A DNA stretch of 26,202 nt, taken from NCBI GenBank assembly GCA_040905565.1, contig JBBDRF010000014.1, forward strand, positions 29,872-56,073. Reading direction: 5' to 3'. This DNA is from Phycisphaeraceae bacterium (GTDB lineage Bacteria; Planctomycetota; Phycisphaerae; Phycisphaerales; Zrk34). This document shows positions 19,001 through 22,969 of this stretch, piece by piece. The notes beneath the pieces are model-generated. The model ran no database searches and was not told where the DNA came from. It worked only from the letters and a program-made list of their open reading frames with translations. The position numbers were made by a program, and so were the translations under genes. Each line of letters begins with the position of its first letter. The first letter of the stretch is position 1.

Positions 19001-21349
19001 ATCGATGGTCTTGGAGCCGATGAGCACGCCGCCTGTGCCGCCGGGCGCGCTGATGGTGATCAGGTCGCCGCCGCCGACGGGCAGGACGGTAAAGCTTCCC
19101 GTGCTGCCGGTGAACGGCTGCATCGGGCGCGGTGCGTCCGGGTTCGCCGGATCGAACGGCGGGACGACGGCCATCGCGATGGAGGAATTTTCGTCGGCCT
19201 GGGTGATGTAGATGGCGTACGCGTCGCCGACGATGCGGTGGCGATGGTCGACGTAGACCAGTTCATCGCTGGAGGTATCGGTGGCGATGAGGACGCCGTC
19301 TTCCCCGGTGAAGGGGTTGAGCAGATCATCGTTCCACGCGAGCCCCTGGAGATTCGTGCCGCGGACGGGCCCTTCGGGGTCCGAGAGATCAGGCGTGGGT
19401 CCGAGGATGAGCGCGCCGCCAGCCCGATCGATGCGGATGAGGTCGCTGCTGCCGCCGGCGTTGCGGATGCCGTAGAAGTAATCTTCCTGGGCGTTCGGGT
19501 CGTCGTTGACGAATTCGATGCCCGAGAGGTTCGTGATCGCGTTGCCGTGATGGTGCAGGGAGATGGTGTTGATGACGCCGCCGGTGTCGGCGTCAAGTTC
19601 AACCAGCGAGCCGGTGTCCTGTTCGGTCGGCGTAATGCCGCGTGCGGTGTCGAACGCCCAGAGGGAGGCTTCCTGAGGCCCGGTCTGCTCCCACGCCAGC
19701 GTGGTGATCGCGCCAGGCCAGCCACCTACGTTGGTTCTGATGACACCCAGGCGATCCAGGCTGTTCTGCACCTGCGAGCGGGTCTCCAGCCGCGTGTCGA
19801 TGGTGTAGAGCACCTCGCGCTCGAACGTGTCGTCCCCGATGTTGAACTCTTCGCGCACGACGAAATACAGCAGCCCGTCTTCTTCGTCGCCGGTCTCCGG
19901 ACGGAAGTCGGCGCCCTGGATGCCGAGCACCCGCGTCACGCCGTCCCCATCGATCGCAAGGGAATTAATCGAGCCCCGGATCACCTGGCTGCCCGTGACC
20001 GTCACCAGCACGCCGTCCTCGCCGTCACCGAGCACGGCTGTGTCCAGCGAACTGACACCCGACGCCATCAGCTCTTCGTTAAGCACAAAGGTGACGCCCC
20101 CGTCGTCGCCCAGGATGGGCGCACCGCCGGCGGTGAAGGCCATTTCCACGATTTGCGAGCCGATCGTCGAAACCCGCACCCGCTCGCCTTCGGCGTTGGT
20201 CGCGAAGGCAAGGCCGTTGAGGTGCCGCTCTTCGTAAGTCACGACGTCACTTGCGACGACCTCGTCTTCACCCTGGATGATGATGCGTTGGAGGAGGGTG
20301 TGCTCGTTTTCGTCCCCCGTGCGGGTGGTCGCGAGGATTGATCCATCCTCGTCGAACACCATGTCCAAGTACTGGGCCCCGTTGCCGCCCTGCACCGACT
20401 CGGCCCAGACGACGTCCGCGGTGTGGGTATCGATGCGCAGCAGGTAGGCGGCGCCGCTGTCGTCGTAGCTGTTCGAGAGTGCGAAGATCTGACCGTTTTC
20501 GCCCATCGCCATCGCGCCGACGTTTCCGATGCCGTCGCCGTCGGCGTTCAGTACCTCGCCGACGAGCTTCAGCGAGCCGTCGAGCAGGTTAACGCGATAG
20601 AGTTCACCGTCGGTATTCAGCGCGTAGCCGTAGCCCGTATCGTCGGGGTCGGCGGTGAAGGCGTTGACCGTGCCGATATTTTCGTCAAGGTCCGTCGTAT
20701 CTTCGCGCAGCGTTGCGGACTGAAGCATCGCCTCGACCAGCGCGTTGCCGGTGAGTTGCTCGTCGTCGTCGGTGTCCATCTCAACAAGCTGGATGATCCG
20801 GCGGGTCTGGTCGCCGATCTGCACATCAGCGATGTTGAAGCCGTAGCTGTCGCCGCCCTCCTCCGCGAGTTGGGTGGCCAGGGCCTGCAGGGCGATGTTG
20901 GGGTTATCGAGTTCCGTATCGCCACGGAAGATCGAGAACAGCCCAAAGTCCTGGTCGAGGATGGACGTGTAGGCGCCGCCGTTGATGATCTCGTCGATCG
21001 GCAGGATCCCGCGCTCGCCGCCGCGACCGCCGAGGATATTCTCACCTTCCTTGCCGGTCTCGCTCTCAAGCCAGACACCGGGCATGTCACCGAGGACGAC
21101 TTCATTGTTGTAGTCGACGTCGGCGGCGATCAGCTCAGCGATGGTGTCGCCGCTGACCGCGATGCGGATGGTCTGCCCATCGCCGTCGATGTATTCGAAG
21201 ACGTCGCCCCCGACCAGCGTCGTCAGCAGGATCCGAGGCTCGAGCGGTTCAAGCTCAAGACCACGATGCACCTTCGGCTTCCGATTTCGCAGACGAGTAG
21301 CCTTCTGCTTGCGACCCTGGCCACGACTGCGTTGCTGACGGCTTGGCAT
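1031..21349 (-). CDS. Giant (~6,772 aa) LEPRxLL-leader extracellular/surface protein: beta-propeller-like repeats, beta-helix repeats, PPC-like, flagellin-like, choice-of-anchor-L-like and Ig-like domains, C-terminal zinc metalloprotease
   Basis: Uninterrupted 20.3-kb ORF. GAGGAGG lies 7 nt before ATG 21349, favouring it over GTG 21355. Basic N-terminus followed by LELEPLEPRILL. D/G-rich; HELGHVLGLNH near the C-terminus; own promoter and terminator. Confidence 0.95.
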   Translation of the reverse strand: MPSRQQRSRGQGRKQKATRLRNRKPKVHRGLELEPLEPRILLTTLVGGDVFEYIDGDGQTIRIAVSGDTIAELIAADVDYNNEVVLGDMPGVWLESETGKEGENILGGRGGERGILPIDEIINGGAYTSILDQDFGLFSIFRGDTELDNPNIALQALATQLAEEGGDSYGFNIADVQIGDQTRRIIQLVEMDTDDDEQLTGNALVEAMLQSATLREDTTDLDENIGTVNAFTADPDDTGYGYALNTDGELYRVNLLDGSLKLVGEVLNADGDGIGNVGAMAMGENGQIFALSNSYDDSGAAYLLRIDTHTADVVWAESVQGGNGAQYLDMVFDEDGSILATTRTGDENEHTLLQRIIIQGEDEVVASDVVTYEERHLNGLAFATNAEGERVRVSTIGSQIVEMAFTAGGAPILGDDGGVTFVLNEELMASGVSSLDTAVLGDGEDGVLVTVTGSQVIRGSINSLAIDGDGVTRVLGIQGADFRPETGDEEDGLLYFVVREEFNIGDDTFEREVLYTIDTRLETRSQVQNSLDRLGVIRTNVGGWPGAITTLAWEQTGPQEASLWAFDTARGITPTEQDTGSLVELDADTGGVINTISLHHHGNAITNLSGIEFVNDDPNAQEDYFYGIRNAGGSSDLIRIDRAGGALILGPTPDLSDPEGPVRGTNLQGLAWNDDLLNPFTGEDGVLIATDTSSDELVYVDHRHRIVGDAYAIYITQADENSSIAMAVVPPFDPANPDAPRPMQPFTGSTGSFTVLPVGGGDLITISAPGGTGGVLIGSKTIDLPEEVTPNFVGLQPIIEADMASAIDGETIGTRPEFLDDGPFGGVSAGIRVVESLLQFIVDAPMGDQLMGENLQNIVAMGISADGNVAVIDGDRIDADGDALDGFELALLNASTGESEDPTWVLIDAGTGMPLSGVVGLDYAELDGDGRERLFTLLEKFDYRPTFDLGDFDTDTTGMFEALAVADNGRTVYGVHRNDNGDYELYMVERELDGALDEEGSTLLGVIVDRFGNAITDIHDIDIDQNGTLFVAGWSDHAPVPNGSAGRLIGPDEILLATINGGAGLPTLGEGNDIRINTSSTSWFNVDLTAASAGDSDDDVTLQEVLDAINNHAENLQTATLSFSDQPNDGDVIRINDGTDVYIFEFTSDNRGDFAGGGGDGTTIEVQIGDDPDDDLALAETLANFETAVNGAAIDVTAEVEDQDIVLRHNEVGLANDIATVQADATNVEAETFFAVRARLNTTGNAIVLEYRPDATNFSVATLSTAGTQLGITGLPADEDGRIVSRDLGLGDLPAIDIRGLATDRTDDDQIYAVNFDGAGFNLNTIDRDSDGAVTDFTLESRLTDNGNLILGIRGLDSDSLGNFYFIGQTSDSLNPDSEVTVVDEEFDIVAAITEWETGDFWYVHREAGGEINTDGTGATERRFTNFINQIVDPGDVPLVNFGDDSVAVGDIYGNDLRLLSMTGSDGTFYSAADNNTAPLPNANIGGALDEVVDVFGTAVDVNGTAYTAFFSGGVGGDSHFRIGQLEQDPITGEVTGTNDLGRIDLLDPSLGSAGELVNLRQIRGMVADVSVADRMYVIGTEDSSASNPALNLYQIDIVGGEVVVQQLLDLAYGTDSGLLYGLAQDPNNTDHFYTVQVDPDDDSSALMRIDLNFDAGLGEEPIDFATGASGASTVSTDAVTSLAFNGRGDLVAIEGRVDDNGRNLLVIDRERTTDFTADVDVNAFTGSAEGSIAQGVRDLAWEQSTDRFYAVNTVDVDVEVEPGEFETQEQSQLWVSAPEMYAFDPGLGTYLGGSAQGALTLDGLALLGDTVAIAQDNDSIYTVMRVDTDGDGTVDTDRLYEFDITTFGASQIEATFLGDVRFDDGATASTIVDMTFAATGELIAIDESGGAANRMLVALNTDNASDSGTVTDPGVVDEFAAGLSTDLEGTIYTMSAATGSGETRLLESVNASYLYTFNANDVENNIVNGELDLNGQLIVGDGSEAAFTGIAIHPDTDAIYAINEVDGEDHLVLISPGTPNPGEAEITQLGRIEVGSFAEDAPPRPVSDLSAIQFTVHGDLLGFDDRRDAGRTLISIDIDDPTGNSLLRSAPGFVSISGGLQGLTRDSDGRFLSVEHDPSFNDLGEDEFESALIPHLFISGASVYNIDPEVNVDNPALAQVREPILHNGMALAEPIRGLAYDRNEDALRLVIHEGDDSVLYTVDPITGEAVRNGVIRVDGLSTTVTQVAFGEDGNVLLGVETDSSRLIAIDLDEPSLSKQATAPGSYNPDLIGFAIDGDNISYAINADGDQLYRSNGMTGAFGVINLVQGEARFETLAYIDPEDISQVEAMAVHPSPPNNDVMIVGLNANQQRMLFRLNPATGEVTEIGAVDREIQSMTFATGGKLIAHDAQTGNLVDIHYNIGAREVVVGGNVSTSDGSLRPTVGAIAFDPSLNRVLASDNANSHQWLWSPNGMTEDSAILMKLVGIDTDSARPQHFNRLFIGGTVTGRVESAGSLDTMYAGWLVTGETGGTPAPFAGPANFDIAGDLRNLLVGSTIGSVSGGSGTDPAYLSGFSLHVGGRVGEIRAVGDFFGQVEIDNDSTAPGMTMAMRVPHEIEALLLHQRVSGLGQLPVPTAPDNVGDLFEDYLLGHPAFSNDTIGPGSQRLGSVDTGINGEAPISFVNGQLMGEVGDNVDYYSVSLMAGQTVTAQLSHTAEAAPLHLGVFDPDGRLVYTDYDRHSDNEAFQFTADRAGEYQFAVAFLNDVNFNGQPDEDELPNAIWEAQTLYELRVDGVGDMALGGLVANQVTLLGPEGILINQGDLGAIQAQALASLGGSIQVQKGDIRSISAGVFSDGTTDFAFMIDVVDGNIGLLETTGGPMVLAGTQVGGNIQIIDAAADLAGQFIIDGGIGLIRADAMNNSITSTLFQINANGNSGNYIGLVDIAGDLTGVPFLVGDGGDIHYMRVGGTASSPLQGFSVVETHDPGRSHTFTDGSGTEITLTPRLLGDEDRDSSGDPINEHVLTTRLYPLIGAPGLGATGGAVLIDATSTGGMTVYADGNSDIANVYLGELIVEGEGRVVEVEGDDDDDDDDDDGLTIDASDREFDQASGNNDLAVVIHGSRQGISVNVLGIEGGDFSLIDNRTGGELVNITAASVWELKTRGSLGVPGSAYGAALVTHAGNSTFSQADAYPFRGQTTGIDISGNAYSITSRSELGNIHVAGDLYRVAANTTNADYAGEHHGINAPIFVQGHLDRVNIGHGVLPSGSGDVGFSGVFVGGQLDMLTNQGQPAGSDIRGIINAGFGIRMISLTDGSIVDTFVGTASDTESVRPLSRGGLIPDSGESTFETPVYTIDRIRITGNGGIIGSEFVALQIRSIESLGFGILSSDFRTIGGRIDSITAGGLGLQDSNIITRSSIGDIKATGNGDVLDILDFNRTVRLSDEGAIFDPYSGKSITGGNDLHAFFDTTLDESAVDDVTNAGMLRDLNIAANRTLDSLSGFRIDATDPLSPNIVEVGGAIGTISTIEDIRNLVLTAGRIDRFQPGGDVLATTINLAGEMRRFQVDGDFGENSVLNLSGPDAGLTMFRIAGDMDGDLIVHGLVNRIDIGGDLSGSITITPPEATNRDALRMFNLGGTMFSGSFNVLGDVGNIRVAGSLGDPDNPNAAGELVIDGDLGRLEVGRDRNSTGSVLAMDVTVLGDMRMLNVTGKIVGDMLVAGDLLNARVTADDATGLNAPPVPSLAVGGLFDGPTDLFDVRALTVGPDGQIYVLHFNDGTDTHELYAVNRLPNGELDASGSMDFVGELLDGNSDPIEEIHAMDFNPDDGLIYLVGSSLGGNLTMFAFTPAGTLDKAAQVTAPGTPAVRAISFDDRRETLYAVLYDDDGSGPASTLVELDGWQTGAAVTTTVIDEIEVDGSATDIVGMDIVSDRFGMKLMAIDADEDRIVQINVGDPTESIAVTEADTVATNVHGYGSDADGVFYSVRIAAGADTPTQLVMSNHNLVEGDIHVSGDLSRFSVSSGHFDANLQVGRDINMFDIRDGDFVAGNTLSSAMGDIRSISIRNGDLHGDVAANHGEISRIQISGSDLGGSIEADYLSQLRLDGSILSTAAIDVLNELGRLDVRGNVDAGAAINAGTLSSANIHGDMAGDLTSGYQSRNTNISINNNFTGSITSNASDTRLSVGGNFGVDALGDATPATLLVGRNLSSLRVNGDTVGQITVNGEVRSMQFQGDVGHADHDTVITTAFDLSNFSARGDINRTMVQVGAASGRDLTFGTGDDRETTRMAELRSFSANSVSNSVIAAGGDISTFRVNDGLTDSSVSAGMVVDTDAIADLLDGISPLDDATGRDDLRTGVTLYHGSINNLQINGTGAVNSFITAGVDAGTAGDFADAGVIDSQTGGQSDIRMLNLASFDGDSSILTDAGIQNERINGTNLGSIQQIDYDLADVLPDLDLVADLDHTVDSDNPLTLTVNGETVNIDLRGDGAVDVYLNGDGTIDALVLRDTDDRGTLTIETTADAGDITVDRIIAADNATMGRLEMAGISLGSTNDGLADFWLDGDVNNLVFHAMAQDASWTGRIGGDVRSMEMHTQGSGAFMIGGDVSSLNIADSSGVSLLQTLADTPVAAGDLAASVQKLALNSLGDAYYYDDVLGLVHVDVEDGSELDSPRDVVDSYTEELLTLNGMDFDDALLLATTEVHSYQPVVNVGALADGHINLESLAVDNGLIYAVENSGYYFIDDFDTTFNQIVGTASIATDLFYMVDMTAGGDFELVRVDRAFDGSITDTTIVGTIQVAGDDVIDINALEYDTDLETLLVAGRTAGDLDQYLYQVDLDTADATSEGTLFTFDPETYGLKINATGNSSDLLAGLLPDTPAGLSNITIDADSHFDAATGARSTGVYNNTAGIYGIGNGVVLSTGDVRDYEDAPFEIDNTHVGTAFSDEPIDPIDDFTYYSRLAEVSGFTDADFFDVSALTVNFDLQAGFDTVYFDVAWGSMEYPDFVDSQLIDAFGIFINGENVAEVEVDGELEPLNVNNSAMAEIPGTQLNAVIAPDGTPLLRFAVGVEHLNATDNELMFIIGDTSDADLDSTVYISGLSAEQEDPEFTIPGNIHGMAFRTSQSDPTERTLYVVADDVDGLARDATRLFRLDRDENGQTVGAADLGLIEIDGLNTNVRGISFDSDGRLIAQNNADGQTHRILVDLDDPTDSVYYSRPGASDADPDAIYALGGAAQGDQVLGVRNDAGGTQLYGFNAVPDRLVQINPDTGATSVVGEFTASDTGNRYFNSVDHIAFSPMVDFSRPEGGGTLYALLSDRDGGGTLNHFDDGAALAQIDFTAVGDGLLRAVNPGVTGSSLPALLDAGADPETVTPITDEFGGLAVASNGIVHAIQKVGGEDRLIEIDLTNTVSNGLQTTDLFGVELPDGADTDILGIGFDDQGRILAMNRTVDGNEIISINPADGTDVVHISVRQILDSSLNAFAVDISGDPADTYAYDLTAGVGGTFYASPGVQNAPVLGQIDVNDLNADYRFLQALPLLDADGKLLGSSVADITVDEANNLVYTVTTDGRIFAHTADEGRFVQEFGQVVSDAGDGDLDIKSIEFDADAGQLIGVDARFNNIVRINLGSAANGLVTASATGETGTINAARIADMAYDAINGRMLGTTTAPNAVFGEFLDASETALGGITASSFNRVQITVPTPNDPDMPRDFDGRLVATGLGGFSNVSVDGNFTGSIVSAGEIRSMNIDGDFGGSLQAWRDVNSINVDGSVLPGSTIFVSDDLNSLRVSGDDASFDGVLIARNVNRLDIHGDVLDGASITVANDLSSLSINSSFNGELHAGSLNRFSLRGDLGSDADIQVDGDMNMLQIREGTASGSSIYVDGSINNVNVGGTHEGTLAGNLDIRSARFNDVDRGLIAAGTELGMIQVNNMTDSVISSGVSLGSDRVYNTADDVIFGGSIGRAMVRGNMVGSVFAAGVLPSMNNAVAAGSPNLVDNTRAYVGYELDRPNRAATYVDDAEAGGLLTSTIGSLNVNGQVLSSGSANVEGDNIARDSVLAAADGIGRLNGSETFKFNTNASARVYSDAVGAPRVDSVSIVDDGKFQIVFSETINTGSLVLSQDHNGNGNVTDLNDVLGTVTVRDFETQEILNDVELVYHLETDGSGNTHGVLTISQPGGFTNEQLQVDLSGGGDGTVPAVFDSSGGRSIFRNPTNDGGHTLEAAFGGEAVTSFEMDPYGTILDGDNNGTEGGLARFIQALYAPDFIQIDEDDTEFIGSDVANDFEEALEAGPFMDALEDGEDFSTVNISSAFMGPSDSDVYHFNANAYDFFSVDLQADVPVSMGLFLRDHQGDPDSFFYTELADPFDPDFDPDDPYAVALVEDTFELLTRYEFGLDNSAFQAVELPSLEAAMGSDLDLLGSDGLLDAANEDGRQEHDLDFFIVVSPLNLGPAASGGSPNYTLTLNMASTDDMLDGNDDGQISTMPEDAQLGYISNVLQDQTDPNNTRGNELGYNDPRQLVYVNFDGGMSTRMDLNGDGTVADTEFASFDSTLLDASFAGISGDPTVDGIPTLDQTLIHGGAFQNVAINGIMPNILEIYRDTPEDHPLGQLNVQLIESAADFSVYDNADSGIFFTVLDPETYTGMQAGVDFTTIFVGEADMPQTPRYYGLAQDIGVANMDKGLDAVIPTQTFSGLSLANDTADKLNEYSRALSNVIAHELGHVLGLNHHGSAANLLSHDSVTNDREDDPSWNLGTSTMGSGPTSMPGELVAALSRFGTADVPLGEFPMGQIDHVDQLLRWLGSQS
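1034..1895 (-). other. C-terminal metzincin-like zinc metalloprotease domain of the giant protein
   Basis: NVIAHELGHVLGLNH gives HExxHxxGxxH at 1265-1297. A candidate Met-turn (STMG, Met at 1175-1177) follows. The domain begins near LVYVNFDGG. Confidence 0.8.
2050..2500 (-). other. PPC-like (pre-peptidase C-terminal) beta-sandwich with acidic insertions
   Basis: Pattern DSDVYHFNANAYDFFSVDL ... MGLFLRD ... FFIVVS ... NYTLTLN. Confidence 0.6.
2690..3180 (-). other. Ig-like (SbsA/Big_5-like) domain with DxNGxG and LDGDNNGTEGG loops
   Basis: APRVDSV...FQIVFSETINTGSL start and ILDGDNNGTEGG end. Confidence 0.55.
6130..6860 (-). other. Choice-of-anchor-L-like domain inserted inside a propeller unit
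   Basis: GIGNGVVLSTGDV, DVSALTVNF, YFDVAWGSMEYPDFVDSQLIDAFGIFINGENVA, IIGDTSDADLDSTVYISGL. Confidence 0.7.
12125..12154 (-). repeat. Poly-Asp tract (10 codons: GACx4, GATx5, GAC)
   Basis: Plus strand GTC(ATC)5(GTC)4, in frame with the giant ORF. Confidence 0.9.
13030..13340 (-). other. PPC-like domain
   Basis: DNVDYYSVSLMAGQTVTAQL ... LGVFDPDGRLV ... FQFTADRAGEYQFAV ... YELRV. Confidence 0.75.
17490..18195 (-). other. Flagellin/FliD hook-IN-like domain containing a second inserted flagellin-like domain (~17655-18005)
   Basis: LLATINGGAG..FNVDL..TLQEVLDAIN [TATLSFSDQPNDGDVIRINDG..FEF..TLANFETAVN..VTAEV] VRARLNTTGNAIVLE..TAGTQLGI. Confidence 0.55.
21224..21259 (-). other. LEPRxLL (planctomycete extracellular) motif
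   Basis: LELEPLEPRILL after a ~30-aa Arg/Lys-rich N-terminus with no hydrophobic h-region. Confidence 0.9.
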
Positions 21350-21467
21350 AAACACGCCTCCTCTTTTGCAAACTGCGCCCGCACATCACGCCCTTCCCCC
21401 CCCTCGCGCTAAAGGCCATCGGCCGAAAATCCGATGTACGCACTAGGGCACGAATAATGCGGCGGCG

Positions 21468-21496
21468 ATAGTAAACCCGCAGTGCGCGCCCGTCAA
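21468..21496 (-). promoter_or_regulatory. Sigma70-like promoter of the giant gene
   Basis: TTGACG (21496-21491), 17-bp spacer, TACTAT (21473-21468); implies a 5' UTR of ~110 nt. Confidence 0.7.
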
Positions 21497-21639
21497 TAGG
21501 TGGCCTCCGGCTGTAGCTTTTATTTTCTCGCGCCTCGGTCGCCCCACCACGCGTCAAAATCGGCACAAACGGACCACGATCCGCCCTGGCGCTGCCGCCA
21601 CGGCCGAGCCCGCCGCCGGAGGAAATGCGCCCGCAGCCG

Positions 21640-21668
21640 TTGATGGGCTACACAAGTCACGATACCTT
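21640..21668 (+). promoter_or_regulatory. Possible sigma70-like promoter for the divergent membrane-protein gene (probably leaderless)
   Basis: TTGATG (21640-21645), 17-bp spacer, TACCTT (21663-21668). ATG follows 8 nt later with no SD. Confidence 0.45.
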
Positions 21669-21676
21669 TTGTGGCA

Positions 21677-22858
21677 ATGAGCTTTCAATGGCAACCACTT
21701 GATGAGGCCGCGAAGACGCTCGACGTCGACCTCCCGACGCTTAATGAATTGATCGAGCAGGGCCGGGCTCCCACGCGCTCAACCGACGGCCGGGTTGAAG
21801 TGCTCATCGAATTTCCCGATGCCGACGAGGGCGAAGACGACGACGGAAACGACGACGGCTCCGATGAGGCCGATGACGCCGCGGATCACGCAGCATCCGC
21901 CGAATCCGAGGCTGCCGACCACGTCATCGATGCCGAGCCTGTCGATAGCGACGCAGCGCAGGGCCAGCTCGTCACACGCCGCGAACTTCAGCTGGCAGGC
22001 GGACTTGCGGCTACTTGGCAACGCATGGCCGAGCATACCGAGCGGGAACTGCATCGCTCGCGGCGCGTCGCCACGATCGGCTGGTCGCTGCTGGCTACGT
22101 TCGTGCTGCTCAGCAGCGTCGGCATTTTTTTCGCGACCCGCACCACCGCCGACGCCGAGGCCGAGGCCCGCCTGGCACTGCAACGGCTGGAGCAAACGCA
22201 AAACGAACGTGACGAGCTCGCCCAGCAAGCCGATAACCTCACGGCCCGCATCGAAACCCTCGCTGCGTCGCTTTCCGAGGCCCAGGCCGACCTGGCGCGG
22301 ACGACTGAGCGGACCGAGCAACTTGCCAGCCGCGGCTCGGAATCGGCCACGCAGAACGACCAGATTGTCACGGCCATGCAGCAGTCGCTCCAGCAGCAGC
22401 AGGCCCAGATTGAACAGTTGCATGAGACGCTGACGGCCGCCCGGAGCGATCTCGAGACCACCCGCGAGCAGGCTGAGCGAGCCGCCGAGCGCGAAGCCGC
22501 TGAGCGCGAAGCCCGCATCGAAGCCCTCGAACGCCTCGCCACCCCCCCAACCCCCCCACCTTCTCCCGCACCGGCCCCCGAACCTGAGCCGGCTTCGAAT
22601 ACGCCCGAGCCGGAGACGAAACCGGACCCCACGCCGGAGCCCGAGCCGCAACCGGAGCCTGAACCCGAGACCGAACCGAAGACCGAACCGGCGGCCGAAT
22701 CGGACCCGGAGCCGCAGCCCACACCCGAGCCCGAAGCACCTGCCGAGGCCCCACCCGAGCCTCAGCCCGAACCCGAGCCTCAGCCCGAACCTGAACCTGA
22801 ACCTGAACCCGCCCCCGAGCCCGAACCGGCCCCAGACGAGCCCAACGACCCCACATAG
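21677..22858 (+). CDS. Single-pass membrane protein: N-terminal HTH-like domain, acidic linker, TM helix, coiled coil, Pro/Glu-rich tail
   Basis: [25 protein letters not shown] (excisionase/MerR-like HTH); [22 protein letters not shown]; ~130-aa Q/E/A heptad region; (PE)n tail. Start is ATG 21677 or GTG 21671. Confidence 0.85.
   Translation: MSFQWQPLDEAAKTLDVDLPTLNELIEQGRAPTRSTDGRVEVLIEFPDADEGEDDDGNDDGSDEADDAADHAASAESEAADHVIDAEPVDSDAAQGQLVTRRELQLAGGLAATWQRMAEHTERELHRSRRVATIGWSLLATFVLLSSVGIFFATRTTADAEAEARLALQRLEQTQNERDELAQQADNLTARIETLAASLSEAQADLARTTERTEQLASRGSESATQNDQIVTAMQQSLQQQQAQIEQLHETLTAARSDLETTREQAERAAEREAAEREARIEALERLATPPTPPPSPAPAPEPEPASNTPEPETKPDPTPEPEPQPEPEPETEPKTEPAAESDPEPQPTPEPEAPAEAPPEPQPEPEPQPEPEPEPEPAPEPEPAPDEPNDPT
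22754..22807 (+). repeat. Coding tandem repeat: (CCCGAGCCTCAGCCCGAA)x2 then (CCTGAA)x3, within a longer degenerate PE repeat (~22540-22830)
   Basis: Read directly from the sequence. Confidence 0.85.
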
Positions 22859-22948
22859 CCCCGGCCTTGCCGGGGTCCCCTCCCAACCACGCAACAAGAG
22901 TCCGCCACCTCACGCCAACCCTGTGCGACCGGGCTGGAGACAGCCCGG
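22858..22948. terminator. Two GC-rich hairpins between convergent genes
   Basis: CCCCGGC-CTT-GCCGGGG (22859-22875) and CCGGGCTG-GAGA-CAGCCCGG (22929-22948, GNRA loop); no U-tracts. Confidence 0.4.
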
Positions 22949-22969
22949 CTCCTGGCATCGCGTCAAGTT

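Noticed and set aside
1031..21349. RTX/T1SS adhesin, autotransporter or CdiA-type toxin assignment
   Set aside because: I saw no GGxGxDxL nonapeptide arrays, C-terminal beta-barrel, TPS domain, adjacent transporter or immunity gene.
21350..21355. GTG 21355 as start of the giant protein
   Set aside because: It lies only 1 nt from the GAGGAGG SD; ATG 21349 has 7-nt spacing.
1433..21412. Many long plus-strand ORFs (e.g. 8699-11608, 15176-17278, 17723-20341) opposite the giant gene
   Set aside because: Antisense shadows. The GAC/GGC/GTC/ATC-rich codon usage of the real gene leaves few stops on the reverse strand, and the V/D/A/R-rich products have no motifs.
21552..21557. Second TTGACG on the minus strand upstream of the giant gene
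   Set aside because: No acceptable -10 element at 16-18 bp spacing.
21779..22958. Minus-strand ORFs with GSGS or FRFGLR repeats
   Set aside because: Antisense readings of the Pro/Glu repeat of the plus-strand gene.
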